The position numbers were made by a program, and so were the translations under genes. From the NCBI RefSeq assembly GCF_009914755.1, contig NC_060933.1: a DNA stretch of 64,000 bases; one strand, written 5' to 3'. The notes under the pieces are model-generated. The model made no database searches and had not been told where the DNA came from. It worked only from the letters and a program-made list of their open reading frames with translations. Shown here piece after piece: positions 43,960-58,322 of this stretch (its first letter is position 1; the number at the start of each line of letters is the position of its first letter). The stretch is from the human T2T-CHM13v2.0 reference genome, Homo sapiens.

Positions 43960-45330
43960 TTCCACCCCTTATCCCATTATCCTCCTCCTTCCCTTTCCAG
44001 AAGTAACCATTTTTTAAGGTTGGCATGCAGTCTTTCCATCCATACTGTTGTACGTTTAATATATATAAATGCACCCATGATAAAATAGAGTTGTTTTGTA
44101 TTTTTAACATTTATATATCTGATATTTTGCAGATAGTACTTTTAGCCTGTTTTTCTAATTCAAAATTATGTTTTTGAGAATTACTCATGTTGCTTCAAGC
44201 AGATTGGATCCATTCCTTTTAATTGCTATAAAATTCTTCTATTCAGCTATATAATTCTTTATTCTATATTAATAAGTCACAATTTATCCATTTTTTCCCT
44301 GTTGATGATCATTTAGGTTTTAAGGATTTTTCAGTTACAAAAAAAAAAAGATGCTATGAACATTCTTGATATGACACTTTGTACACAAATGAGAATTTCA
44401 CTGCAATATACAGTGAGTGGAATGAGTGGTTGCTAGAACGTGAGCACCTTCCACTTCACTAGATATTATCAAAGCACATAAGAGTTTTTGCCCTTCCACA
44501 TTCTTATTAATACTGGTACTGGTTGATTTTTGACATTTTCTGCCACTCTCATGTATAAAATACTCTCTTAGGATTTTAATTTATATTTCCTTCATTTTAG
44601 TGATAGAATCATAATCTTTTTAAATGACTCTTAACTACTTGGATTTATTATTTTATTATTTCATCTAATATTTTTTGCCTATCTAAAAAATTTCTTTCTT
44701 TCGAGTACCTTATGTATTCTGGATCCTAAGCCTTGTAAAAATTTTCAATCTAATAATTGTCTTTTTATTTTGTTAATAGTTCTTTTTTGCCATACCAAAG
44801 TTTCAGATTTTAGTGTACTCAAATCAAGAGTCAAGTCTTTTTCAACATGGTTTGTGATGTTTCTTTGTGGTTTTTGGAAAGGGTCTCACTCTATCTTCCA
44901 GGCTGGAGGGCAGTGGCATGATCATGGCTCACTGCAGCCTTGACCTCCAGACTCAAGGGATCCTCCCACCTCAGCCTCTCCAGTAGCTGGGACCACAGGC
45001 GCACACCACCACAGGCACCTGTGGTCTCAGCTAATTTTTTGGTTTTCTGTAGAGACAGGGATCTCACTATGTTGTCCAGGCTGGTCTCGAACTCCTGAAC
45101 TCAAGCAATCTTCCTGTCTCAGCCTCCCAATATGTGGGATTACAGGTGTGAGCCACTGTATCTGGCTTTGTTTGTGCTTTTTTACATCTTAGTCAAGAAA
45201 TCCTTTCGTAAGACTTCTAAAAATATTTTCACATTTTCTATGAACTTCTGCTTTTTAATGTACATCTTTAATCTACTTGTAATTTATTTTTATCAAGGCT
45301 GTGAGTAGGACTTTTTTTTTTTCCAAAGGA
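43960..45330 (-). mobile_element. Old L1M (L1ME-like) fragment with an inserted Alu
   Basis: ccagaagtaacca...tttttgagaattactcatgttg...aatttatccatttttt...gctatgaacattcttg... Confidence 0.65.
44865..45166 (-). mobile_element. Alu (AluJ-like) with an internal inverted insertion
   Basis: agggtctcactc...gcatgatcatggctcactgcagccttgacctcc...gagccactgtatctggc. Confidence 0.92.
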
Positions 45331-47899
45331 CCAGTAAATTCTCTCTCAAATAGAGGAATTGCCTGGTGATAACCTTTTTATTTCTAATTCCTAAGGGCAG
45401 CTGGCAAAGCCCTTCTCATCTAAAAAAAAAAATTAGGGAAAAGGTGTACTATTTAATACTTAAATATGACAAGTCATAACTAATGACATTTGGTAGGACA
45501 GAACATACCAGAATATACTGAGTCGGCTTTACTTAGACCCGAAAAAAAAGATCTGCGTTCACAATTATCCAAAGAAAAGCACAAAGAATCCAAACAGATA
45601 CTGGATTGTCTAATAAGTAAAAAAAATTAGGCAAAAGTAAAACAGACATTTCTACCAGCTTTTTTAATACTCATAAGATACCAAGTTTTAAGAGAGTTTC
45701 GTGCAGACTCACAAACAAACTTTTTACCTAGCCCTCAAAATTCACAATCTCACATCAGTTTTCCACTCCTTTCCAAAACTTAGATTTAGAAAAGGGCCAC
45801 TTAGGAAGACGCTTATCTCAATAGTTACAGCATTAAGAAGAGAAATGCCTAACTGATACTACTGCAATCATCACTAAATTTGATTGTGATATTCTTGCAT
45901 AAGCTAACCAAAATTATTTTACTGATATAAATCCTGTATAACTACTTACAGATTTTTACATAATGTTACATTTACCATAATTTACATAATGTAACTAGTA
46001 TCAACCAGCTAAATTTGAATTCTTTGTTCTCTTGAAAAAGAACACCATTTTAAGTTAATAATATGTTTCTGAATATGACACTGTAAGGTATTCTTAAGAG
46101 GGTATGTAACACGGACATTAATAATTTACCAAATAAATTCATTGTGATCAATTCTATTATAAAAATTCACAGGAACTCTTAATAAAAGCAAATGTTAATT
46201 TAATATTTTTACCCCTTCTTCATCCAGCCATCTATTGGAACCTAACTTATTGAGAATATCATTTTTAACAGCATTTCTTTGCAAATGTTATACTGCAGCT
46301 GCTGTATAATTATCTTTCAGGCTGCAAATTTTCAGCATTGTACATGTTTTATAGCATATTTTATATATACTTAAAAACAAACTCAATGGTCAAGTAAACA
46401 AAAAAGGTACTCTTTGGTTCAAAAAATTCATTAAGCATAATAAATTCAATTAGACACAGTATGAGGTTTTCCTCAAAGCCATACAATAATAATACAAGTA
46501 TTGTATTGTTCAAATATTCTCATTGTTATATAGGTTGTCACATTTCACTTTTAATAGGAACTGACTCAAAGAGACCTTGGAACAAAAGTATCCTAACCAA
46601 GTAGCAGTTCTCAAAGTGTCATGCTAAAAAAACATTACTCTCCAATTCACACAATCCAAACAATCAAATCAGAGAACAACCACTTCTTTATTAATGGAAA
46701 AATGCACTCTAGTTTCCTGTGTCCAAGTGACGCTACCTAAAAAATACTTAAACAAGGAAAGCTAAAGATGCAATCATTGGAATAGCATCAATATTAATAA
46801 AATGTTTTTACAACTGATAATTAGATATTATTCATTGAATGATAGTTTTGAGAGTTTAACAATAATTCCAATGTTTGCTGAAAGCAAATGAAATTAAAGG
46901 AATTCCTAATGCTGACAATCTTCTTCATTAAAATATAAAACTAAAAACAATTCAGCCTACAAAGACAAAATCTCACTAGAAAAGAAAGCGATGTGGTTAG
47001 GCGGGAAATTAAATCTTACTCAAACTGTGGGTGGAAATAAAACAGTACCTTCATAATAAAGATATCACAAACAGCTGTATTCTTTACAGTTATTTGCTCA
47101 AGATATAATTTGCTCTCCTGCAGTGTCAGATGCTAATGCAACTGAATTTATACAATCTAAGCACTGTCTACAGATGCACCTTTTGTTTTTAAATCAGCAG
47201 GAACCACTGACCAGCAGACGAAATATTCCTAACTAATCAGCAAATGTGTAAAGTCTGACATCCCCCTGCAAAATACACATCTGACCATATAACTGTCTCA
47301 GTAAATTCACATGACTAGAAACAACTTTAACACACTAAACAAATTCTACTCAAAAATGATCAGAAGGTCAGTCACTGCAAACAGCCACTGTGCTACAGAC
47401 CAGAAATAACTTCTAATAAGCCCCCTTCAAAAAATTTGCAGCCTGAAAGATAATTATATAGCACTTGCAGTATAACATTTGCAAAGAAATACTGTTTAAA
47501 ATGATATTCTCAATAAGTTAAGTTCTAATAGCTGAGAAAGGAAGGGGTAAAAATATTAATTTAATATTTACTTTATTACTTAAAACTAAATAGTTTTAGC
47601 GTATTAAAATCACGTTTTCTAAGAAAATTCCCGAAGATACACATTATGATCTATGTAATTTTCCAAACTGACCGTATTCTCCTTTATTGTATAACATTCT
47701 ACAATGTGAGGAGGCTAAAACGTGTCCGTAATTTTGTATTTCAGGACAATCTAGAAGTCTGTGCAAAACATAACCCAACTGCTATAATAACTCAAAAAGA
47801 ACAGAAAACTTACAGCTACATGTTCAAAGAGAGTAAGCAGAAAAAGAAACAACAATTATCAAGAACCTATTTGGCACTGGGCCCTCAAAGTGACTGTAC

Positions 47900-48268
<369 letters not shown>

Positions 48269-49628
48269 TGAGGATTTAATCTCAGGTTTGTATGATTCCA
48301 AATTTCAAACTTTCATCTGCACCAAGCTCTCCCCACAATAAAATGGGTGATATAGGCTTCCTGGTCTAGCCAGAAAGGTTAAATGCTGCGGATGAAGTTT
48401 TAAGGGAGGTTTATAAATCAACTTCCAAATAGTGTTTTACAAACTTATTATAATATAATATGATCCTTTCTTAAATTGGGAATGTTTGAAAGAACACAAA
48501 TCTGTGAGATCACTAACAAATATTAGAAATCAATTTGGAAAAATAATTACCTGGTCCTCTCACACTACCCTTGAGGGCCAATGAGTAAGTCATTTCAATA
48601 GTGCCTTGAATAGGACCAAATGCAATGTTATTTTGAATTCACAAAACTCTGTACAACTTTCCAAGCTCTTTCACATTCTTTAGAATTCATAAAGTCCTCC
48701 AAAAACTACATTGAAAGGGTTAAAGGAACATAGTAGATACATAAAAGAGGAAAATAGAGAGGCACTGTAAATGCAGACAGTAGTACCTGTCAGTCCCAGG
48801 GCGAACTCCATTCCTATACCTTCTCAGGGGCAAAAATACAGCCACTAGAAGGTAAGGACCTGTAGACAGCTAACTAGTCTCTTATCTGCAGTCCCTCCTC
48901 AAGGCCAGAGGAAGCAGGTTACTTCCTGGCAGAATTCCATGGGCTCCAAAAAGGAAATAACACTCTGTTCCAGTAATACCCAACCTCTCTATAATAACCT
49001 CAATGGTAACCCCGATGGTAATGTTACCCAATGGTAACATTGAGGTTTAAAGCCTAGATGATCTCCATGGTCAAAATATAAGTGAAAAGGGACAAAGATT
49101 TGTACCCAGTCTTTGTCCCTCAAGATCAGAGATTATTACCTTCCCTAGAACTGCTTTGAGCCCTATGAAAGATGACTCATCTTTATACCAAATTACAATA
49201 GGCAATGTAAAATTTCAGTGGGATTTCACTGTAGGAGGTTAAAAAAGATAAATGTGTTGGTCCACACGCCGGGGGGTTTAAGGAAACAATAGACACTTTT
49301 ATCTGAACACTTAAAAATGTTAATCATCCACGTGCAAGGTATAACTGTAAGATAAGGCAACCAACATTTTAATATATTAGAATTTTTACATGCAAATGAG
49401 TATTGCCCTCACAAGATAATAACCTTAATGAGCCAATGCACATGTTAAATTATTTTGGGAGTCCCCTTTTGAAAACTTCCCTCAGAGACCTCAGAACGTT
49501 AACTTAAATTTCTCATGTTTTCCTAGTTGGAATATAAAGGATACAGCTCTCTGGAATATGATTAGGTATTACATTATAAACATCTTAAAAATGTGTACTA
49601 ACCCTTTGACCAGGTAACTCAACTTTTA

Positions 49629-50309
<681 letters not shown>

Positions 50310-50325
50310 TATAGTATTGTTAATA

Positions 50326-50413
50326 CAGGTTGAGTATCCCTTATCCGAAACACTTGAGATCAGAAGTGATTCAGATTTCAGATTTTTTTGGATTTTGGAA
50401 TATTGGCATATAT

Positions 50414-50480
<67 letters not shown>

Positions 50481-50732
50481 AAATGAGATCTTGGAATGGC
50501 ACCCAAGTCTAAACACAAAATTCATTTACATTTCGTACATACCTTACACACATAGCCTGAAGGTAATTTCATATATTTTTAATAATTTTGCACATGAAAC
50601 AAAGTTTGTGTTAAGTACTCATGTGTGGAATCGTCCATTTGTGGCATCATGTCAGCACCACAAGGCTTCAGATTCTGCAGCATTTTGGAGCATTTTGGAT
50701 TTCAAATTTTTAGATTAGGGATGTTCAACCTG
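50326..50732. mobile_element. Tigger4b (MER46B-like) MITE, complete
   Basis: TA|caggttgagtatccct ... agggatgttcaacctg|TA inverted termini with TA TSD. Confidence 0.88.
50409..50480 (+). repeat. Compound (TA)n(CA)n(TA)n microsatellite inside Tigger4b
   Basis: catatatatacatacatacacaca...cacatatatatatatata. Confidence 0.95.
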
Positions 50733-50844
50733 TAATAACAAAACTATTTAGACTACTAAGTGTCTTATAAGGGACTGATTAAACGAATTATGATGCATTT
50801 ATGTGATAAACCACAATATATCCATTAAAAGTCATATCATAGAA

Positions 50845-51028
50845 CAGAAGCTCTCAAAGTGTCATCCGTAGGCCAGCAAGTCAGCATCACCTACAAACTT
50901 GTTAAAAATACAAATTCTTAGGCCCACACAAGACCTACTTAATCCATCTCTGGGCATGGGGTCCAGGAAGCTGGGCTTCAACAAGCTCTTCAGGTGATTA
51001 TCATGCACAGTAAAGTTTTGGAACACTG
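50845..51028. mobile_element. MER5A-like hAT MITE
   Basis: ctctcaaagtgt...cagcatcacct...cttgttaaaaatacaaattctt...aacaagctcttcaggtgatt...aaagttttggaacactg. Confidence 0.75.
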
Positions 51029-51419
51029 CAGAGTATTTAACAACAATCCACTGAGACTGTTTTCCCTTCTAAATTTTTAAAAGGAATGTTACTATATAAT
51101 ACTCTACCTCCTTTTCTTAACATTACACACCATACAAACACATGCACACACACAAAAGTATCCTTCACTATCCAAACTCTCACCATCCTAACAGAGTCAA
51201 ATGTTTGGCTGAATCCCTCACAAATCGGAATTCTTGCTATGTATAATCCAAAATTCAGAAACTGAATACTATAGATCCAGATAATGTGATAGCCCTTGCC
51301 ACTGAAAGAGATTCAGAGAACAACAGATACATGATATGAATCTGGGGTGGGTACACAGGTATTAACATATCCCAGAATATTACCAATGATTATATCTTAA
51401 AGACTGGGATTAAAAAATA

Positions 51420-51731
51420 TTTTATTTTTTTATTTTTGAGACAGGGTCTCACTCTGTTGCCCAGGTGGGGGTTCAGTGGCTAGAGTTCAGTGGCACGATC
51501 TTGGCTCACTGCAACCTCTGCCTCCTGGGTTCAAGCAATTCTCCTGCCTCGGCCTCGCAAGTAGCTAGGACTACAGGTGCATGCCACCATGACTGGCTAA
51601 GTTTTGTATTTTTAGTAGAGACACGGTTTCACCATGTTGTCCACGCTGGTCTCAAACTCCTGGCCTCAGGTGATCAGCCAGCCTCGGATCCTAGAGTGCT
51701 AGGCTTACAGGTGTGAGCCACCATGCCCAGC
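51420..51731 (-). mobile_element. Alu (AluS-like) with TSD
   Basis: Antisense Alu; flanks ctgggattaaaaaatatttta / ctgggattagaagatatttta. Confidence 0.94.
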
Positions 51732-52060
51732 TGGGATTAGAAGATATTTTAATTTTTCTCTTTTACTTTTCTGAATTTTATAAATAATCTTCAAATAAAT
51801 AATTATTCTAAATTGAAACTTAAAATTTTAAGAAATAAATGCATATCAATCATGTAAAACTAAATGACACTATTTGGAGATACCTACATATATGGTAAAA
51901 AAGAAATAATGGAAAGCAAGAAAATGATGAAACAATATTGGGAGGGAAAAACATATTGAGAGGGGACAGTGATGATCTGGGGGTAAAAGTGAGGGACAAA
52001 AAGAGGGCAGAAAGAGGCACATAGAGGGCTTTAGGCTTAGTAATGTTCTATGTAAGCCAG

Positions 52061-52555
52061 TATGATAGGTTGCCTTCAAAAATGTCACCAACTTTAGTCC
52101 CATCCCTATGGCACATGCCAATTCTCCCATCAAGCCATGGAGTCTGTTTCCAGGATCCTTCAAGGGGGCTGACTTCGTGACTTGCTTTGAACCATGGAAT
52201 ACAGCAGGAATTATGCCGAGTCATTATTGGGTATAGGCCTTTAGAGACTTGGCAACTTCTGCTTTCATCCTTTTAGGGTCTGGCTGCTGTGTGTCTCAGG
52301 CTGGACTTCTGAATGCAGAGAGGCCACATGGACAATGAAAGGCCCAGACCAGAGTCCTACTGTTCCAGGCACCCAGGTGAAGTATGAGACGTGTGAGCTG
52401 AATTCATCTTGGACATGGCGAGCTCCCTGCTGAATGACTGACCCCAGCTTACATCTCATGGAGCAGAACCACCCAAGGTAGCCCAGCCAATCCACAGAAG
52501 CATGAGAGATAATAAATCATTGTTGTGTTAAGTCACTGAGTTTTGGGGTACTTTT
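52061..52555 (+). mobile_element. MLT1 (G/H-like) MaLR LTR
   Basis: ctcccatcaag...gtgacttgctttg...gagaggccacatgg...catggagcagaaccaccc...catgagagataataaatcattgttgtgttaagtcactgagttttgggg. Confidence 0.8.
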
Positions 52556-54537
52556 TTTCTTTTTGGTACTGACAACTAAAAATTAAATTTTTTTATTGTT
52601 ATTTCCCATATCTTATATGTGATCATCTTTTGTAGGATTAAAGTTTTAATTTATGTCATTTTTATCCATAGCAAATAATGTAATAGCAATTGTTCATATC
52701 ACAAAATTGATTTTCTTGTGGAGCTTCAAAAAATCATTGGAGCAATAGCGCAATCACTGCTTATCCATGTCAGTTCCCTTGTCATAATTAAGACTAGCCT
52801 GCACTTTCTTTTCTGTCTTACCTTTTGCCTTAACATTTTCATATTTGGGTTACAACTTAGTAAAATGAAGAAGCATACCATTGAAAAAATATTTTAGAAC
52901 AGTTTGAATAGCACAGGCATTATCTGCAAAGATGTGAATACTGACAAGCTAAACCATCTGGAACTGGCAACTTTTTAGGAATACTGTTTTGACAACTTTA
53001 TCAAATTCTTCCATGAATATTGTTCCAGGTAAGTTTTTTAAAATCTCTTTTTGAGTTAACTTGACTAATGTGTATTTTCCCTAAAAATATTCATTTCATC
53101 TCAAATTCATCAGAAAAAAATATGCAGTATTCTCTTACATATAAATAGACAATAGACTGAAATATAATAAAGTAACAGGAAATATCTGAGTGTTGGAAAA
53201 TTATATATATATCTCTTACATTTTTTATTTTCTAAATTTTCCAAAATAAATGTCATTTTCAAAATGAAAAAAAATTATGTGAAGAATAAACAAGAAACCA
53301 TTGTGTAGCTTCTGTTCTAAGAATACGACAGCATCTAGCTTACTAGTCTGTCATGGCTAACAGAAACCAGTTGTAAGAAAATGTGAAAACTGAATTATGT
53401 GACTTGACCACAATCTTTCCTTATGGTGGATTAGAGGTAACAATCTGTATTATTTGAACATTTGCCATTAATGTCTACAAAACAGATTAACTATAAGAAA
53501 GGAGACAACCTAAGCTTTCATGAGATTTCATAAGAGTCCCAGAATAATGTTACTCCATCAACTCTAACAGTTTCAAACAGACCACTTAACAGCACTGCTT
53601 TCTGATGCTGTTTATAATTCATTGTTGTCTCCAGCTTTGCGGAGGACAGGATCTAGTTCCTCAGTCCAACAATATGCAGAGGACAAGCACACAAATACCA
53701 TCCCTGTGGACACAATAATGCAGCAGCAACCACCCGGCTCCAGCCCTCCCCTTGTTGCTATTATAATTTATGCATCCTTGGAGACTGGAGTATAAAACAA
53801 TGATTAATGCTGAGAAAATCAACAGCATCAAAGGTTTTCAACTGACCACTGGCCTTAAAGAAGAAAATCATAGTTCAGTAACACAAATGTTTACCAACCT
53901 GATGTAAAGAATTAACTGAAAAATGAAATCACTTACCAAGCTACCACAATCATAACTATTATTGTCTTAATCCTTAGACGCTTTGGCTTCCTTTTGTCTG
54001 GGTCTGGCTTTCTATGTCCCCATATATAATCTGAGTTTTTATATATCTGTATAGCACTGGCTTTCTATCAAACTGATAATACTAAAGCCTATAAAGTCAC
54101 TAAAGCAATAAAATTTAATAAGAGCAATAATTTGAGCTATCAGAGAATTTCTTTATGATAAACACAATATAATGTTACTACCATCACTATAAACTTTATA
54201 TGAGACAGGTGTCCCAACACTAAATATTAACAATATTGAAGATATCTTTTCAACATAGTGGAAAAGGCCATGGTATACAACATATAGAAGTAAAAATTAC
54301 TTTGAAAATACACAGGTTAGAAATGGATACAGCCTCTATAGAAGGGGGGAAATTAGTAATCACAGGAGCTTTTGTAGATGCATTTACGACTAAGGAGGAT
54401 TCTAGGACCCTGAACCTTGTACTAAGTCAGCAAAGGCAGAATTACATTTCTTTAAAAATGGGATATATCCTCATTTAGCTGCACTAACTCAAACACAGGA
54501 TTGCCTAAAGGCTACATGACACTGAGCTATTTGTTAC

Positions 54538-54772
54538 AATGGTGGCTTTCAAAATTTTTAACCATTGCCCACATTAAGATACATATGACACCTACTACAT
54601 AAACACATTCACACACAGAAAGTTTCAGAAAACTATACCTGTCCTTACTATATGTTATTTTCTCTGATAATTGCTATTTTATTCCATTTCATTTTTAAAA
54701 ATTCACTTCAAGACCCATTAAACTGGTTTTATTACCCACCAGCAGGTCACAATCTATTGTTTGGCAACTACT
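54538..54772. mobile_element. hAT-Charlie-type MITE (Charlie4-like)
   Basis: ctttcaaaatttttaacc...gacccattaaactggttttattacccacc...ggtcacaatc...tttggcaactact; degenerate termini. Confidence 0.4.
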
Positions 54773-54924
54773 TGTGGGCCTTTCTTAACGCTTACGATAC
54801 AGGGGGCAGGGAGAAAAGAAAAGAAGAGAATATTACAAACCCACTGTGTGCTATCTAATATACAGTAAGACACCTTTTGTGTCCCAATTTAAGTCTCACA
54901 TCAACTCTATGAGGCAAGTAATGC

Positions 54925-55990
54925 TCATTTATTTACTCATCCTTTCAACAGATACTTATTGTGTACTTACTATGTCTCAGGTACTGTGCTAAACTCGGGA
55001 ACAACTGAGCAGTGAATAAAACACAGTCTATACCGTCAAAAAACTAGAGTGTATGGAAGGAAAACATTAAATGGGAGGTAAACGCAAAAAAGAAAAAGCA
55101 CAGCATGCTTTATAAAAATACTTAACAAAGAGATTCAACTTTGAGAAGAATTAAAAGGCTTCCCCAGGAATTATCCCACGAGTAGCCTTGATGGATGCAA
55201 AGGAATTGGATAGGCAAAAGTAGGGAAAAGGAAAGTGGTCTGGGCAGATGGAACAGCACTGACTATAGGCAGACTTGAGGCAGGAAGGAATGCGGGTCAA
55301 AAGAAGAAAGAACAGAAGCCCAATATGTTGATCACTGAGCACAAGGGAGCCAGAGGTAAGAAATAAGGCCAGAGAAGGAAGCTTGTGCCAAGTCACACAG
55401 GGTCTCATGGGGCACACTAAGGACTGAGGACTTCATTCGGGTATAAAAGGAAGCCCCTGAGAAGCTTTAAGCAAAAAGGAGTAAAAGGTAGCGAAAAGAT
55501 CCCATGTGTCTTCCAAACATAACTCTAGCTGTTCTGTGGAGAATGGACTGGAATTAGGCAAAATGAAATATAAGATTAGCTGGGTAACCACAGTAGCCTG
55601 AGTGGGAAGTGGTGCAGGACTTGATGCAGGTGATAGCGTGGGAGCAGAAGGAAGTCAGCCGGCTTGAGATAAGATGATAGAACTGAATGGGAAAGGTGAG
55701 TGAGTATGTAAGACAGAAGAAACACCAAGAGAGACGGAGGGAAAAGAGAACAATTCCCAGGTTTCTGGCACAAGAAACTCTAAGAGGGGAACCCTGTTGA
55801 ATAAGCAAAATTAGGAGAATGATCCTAAGTTCAATTTGAGATGTCTATGAGAAGAAAGTCAAGAAGAGCCATTCAGTAGGCACTGTGGTATCGCACACCT
55901 AATAAACATCAGAACTGAAATCTGGCCAGGTCTATTTGACATGAAAATCAAAGTTCTTTCATAACACTGAAATGAAGATGAGAATTATCA
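54925..55990 (-). mobile_element. L2 LINE fragment
   Basis: cattt...ttcaacagatacttattgtgtacttactatgtctcaggtactgtgcta (antisense L2 3' end) followed by a purine-rich L2 body. Confidence 0.75.
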
Positions 55991-56009
55991 AGGTGATAAT
56001 TCTCATTAT

Positions 56010-56175
56010 CACCAGCTAACATTTACTGAACATCTACAATGTGCTAGGTATTCACAGTAACCCTACAGAAGAAACAGGCTCAGAGAGGTAAAGTAGGGAG
56101 AATCTGACAAAGGAGCAGAACCAGGACTTAATCTCAGATCTAGAAACACCCCAAAACTTAAGCTCTTACACTCTA
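56010..56175 (-). mobile_element. MIR SINE
   Basis: gctaacatttactgaacatctacaatgtgctagg...acagaagaaacaggctcagagaggtaaag. Confidence 0.65.
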
Positions 56176-57645
56176 AACCCCAGTACCACTCAAATCCAGA
56201 GTGGGGTAACAAGACCTTTAACTCGCAATCACTTGCCAACAATAGATTGAAAGTTCTCTGAAGGCGGGACAGTGGTGTTCTATTCATCTTTGTAAATTCT
56301 AACATAATATCTCAGTAGTTGTTTGCTGAATGCGATGTGAAGAAATTTTGTATAGTACCTGCTGGTAAATCAATTTTTGGATTTGGAAAATCACCAATGG
56401 ACTACATACTGTTAACTTTTTTTTTTCACCAATATATGTAATTTAAACTCAAAATACATTGGGTAGCTTCAAAACTGAGAAAGCCAAAAAGTAAAGAAAA
56501 GAAAGATGTCAAAATAGCTATTTTTCCAAATGGGTGTTTATAGAGTTCATCTGATTTTTTAATAACACCAGCATACCTCCCAATCTATATCTAAGGTACT
56601 ACTGTAAACTGTTAATTTATTGGGGAAAAAAGCTTTAGCTATCGATTCTAGTGTAAGATTAAATGATTAGAAAATAAAATAAAACCTATCTCCTTACTAA
56701 AAGTTTACTGTTTTGGAGAAAAAGATTAACTTCATTATGTGGTACCAAACAATAGAATAAAATTTCATTTCAAGAACATAGGTTTTACCTATCTCTTATA
56801 AATTTTATTTAAAGCTAGAATGAGTAAAATTAGTTCAAAGTTCATTTTAAAATATGTCCTATAAGAAGGCCTTCTAAGAAAGAAAGCTTGGCTCCATTTA
56901 CCCAATAAATAATGAATATTTTTAAGTGGGCAAGAAGCAAGTTACCATATTTCAGAGTCTAAGTGCCACTGAGAATAAAATGCACCATTAGTCATGAAAC
57001 ACCAAAACAAAAAAGAAGAGAGAGCAATTAAAGTTTGGTACCATGGTTTCTTATCACGTAAAATTAACTTACACTTATTGATACAGTTCTCTAGATTTTT
57101 TATATAATACTACTATACATACATAAAAAGTAAAACATAAGCACAATCAATTAGTGAAAGTATTCGTGTTCCCAATGCTCCTGGGAACACTGATGACACA
57201 GCTCTTCTTTTAAAAAAAAAAAAAGAAAGAAAAGAAAAAAGAAGAAAAGCGCAACTACTGCCTCTGAGATTTTTTTTCTCAAGCTGGTGACACCCATTCT
57301 GTAGTGGATGCTGATCTTACTAGGGGGTGTCAACAGAAAATTTTCAAATGAAAGTCAGGACTCATATTCCTTTCTCAAATGATCCTGAAATGTCAATGGT
57401 TGCAGGTGTCCAATCCTACCACCAGGACTAGCAGCCAAGTTCTCTCATGCCTAGGCAATGACATCACAACAGCTGCCTGGCTTGCAGTGATTATAAGACC
57501 CCATCTACCGTAAGATGCATCACGATTTCAGACCTTAACTTGGGAGAAAATGCATATCTTAAAAGCCAATATAAAATGGTAAATTGTATCTAATTCTGTA
57601 AGAGTGTATATTTATCACATGTAAAGTTTCATCCAGAAAGGAAGA

Positions 57646-58057
57646 TGTGGTTGACTGTAATTTTGTATCCGATTTTTCACCCCTCTTTCCTGGAGAAAAT
57701 TATACATCCTTGCCTGTTGGCATGTGACTTACAGTGCCCTTCTCTGTGAAAGCAGTGGCCAAAGAAATGTGAATGCAAGTGGCCTGTGCCAATTTGCAGC
57801 TAAAGCTTTACGAGCTATCACATGGTTCCATCAGTTTTCTTTTTCTGCTGCCATGAGAAAAGGATGTCCCAGATGAGGGCTGCTCTTTCAGCTTGGATAC
57901 CTGAGTGAGAGTCAAAGCTGACCCTAGAGCAGAGCTATAACCAAAAGGTACTGTAGGAATGTAATGAACTTTTGTTTTTCTCAGTCCCCTGAGATTTCTG
58001 GGGTCCTTTTTGTTAATTTCTTCAGGCAGCATAAGCTAGGGGAAGTTAACTAATACA
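57646..58057 (+). mobile_element. MLT1 (I/J-like) MaLR solo LTR
   Basis: tgtggttgactgtaa...ggccaaagaaatgtgaatgcaagtg...ctgccatgagaa...gcagcataa...actaataca; 5-bp flanks gaaga/aaaga. Confidence 0.8.
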
Positions 58058-58100
58058 AAAGATCCTTGATGTGAACTATGGACTCTAAAAATTATTTCCA

Positions 58101-58322
58101 CAGCCTGGGCAACAAAGTGAGACCCCTATCTCTACAAAAAATACAAATATTAGCCAGGTGCAGTGGTTTGCACCTGTAGTCCCAACTTCTCAGGAGGCTG
58201 GAGTCAGATGATTGCTTGAGCCTGGGAGGTGGAGGATGCAATGAACTGTGATCACTCCACTGCACTACAGCACAATGACAGAGCGAGACCCTGTCTCTAT
58301 AAAAATAAAAATAAAATAAATA
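58101..58322 (+). mobile_element. Alu (AluJ-like, 5'-truncated) with TSD
   Basis: cagcctgggcaacaaagtgagaccc...gagcgagaccctgtctc; flanks aaaaattatttcc / aaaaagtatttcc. Confidence 0.92.
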
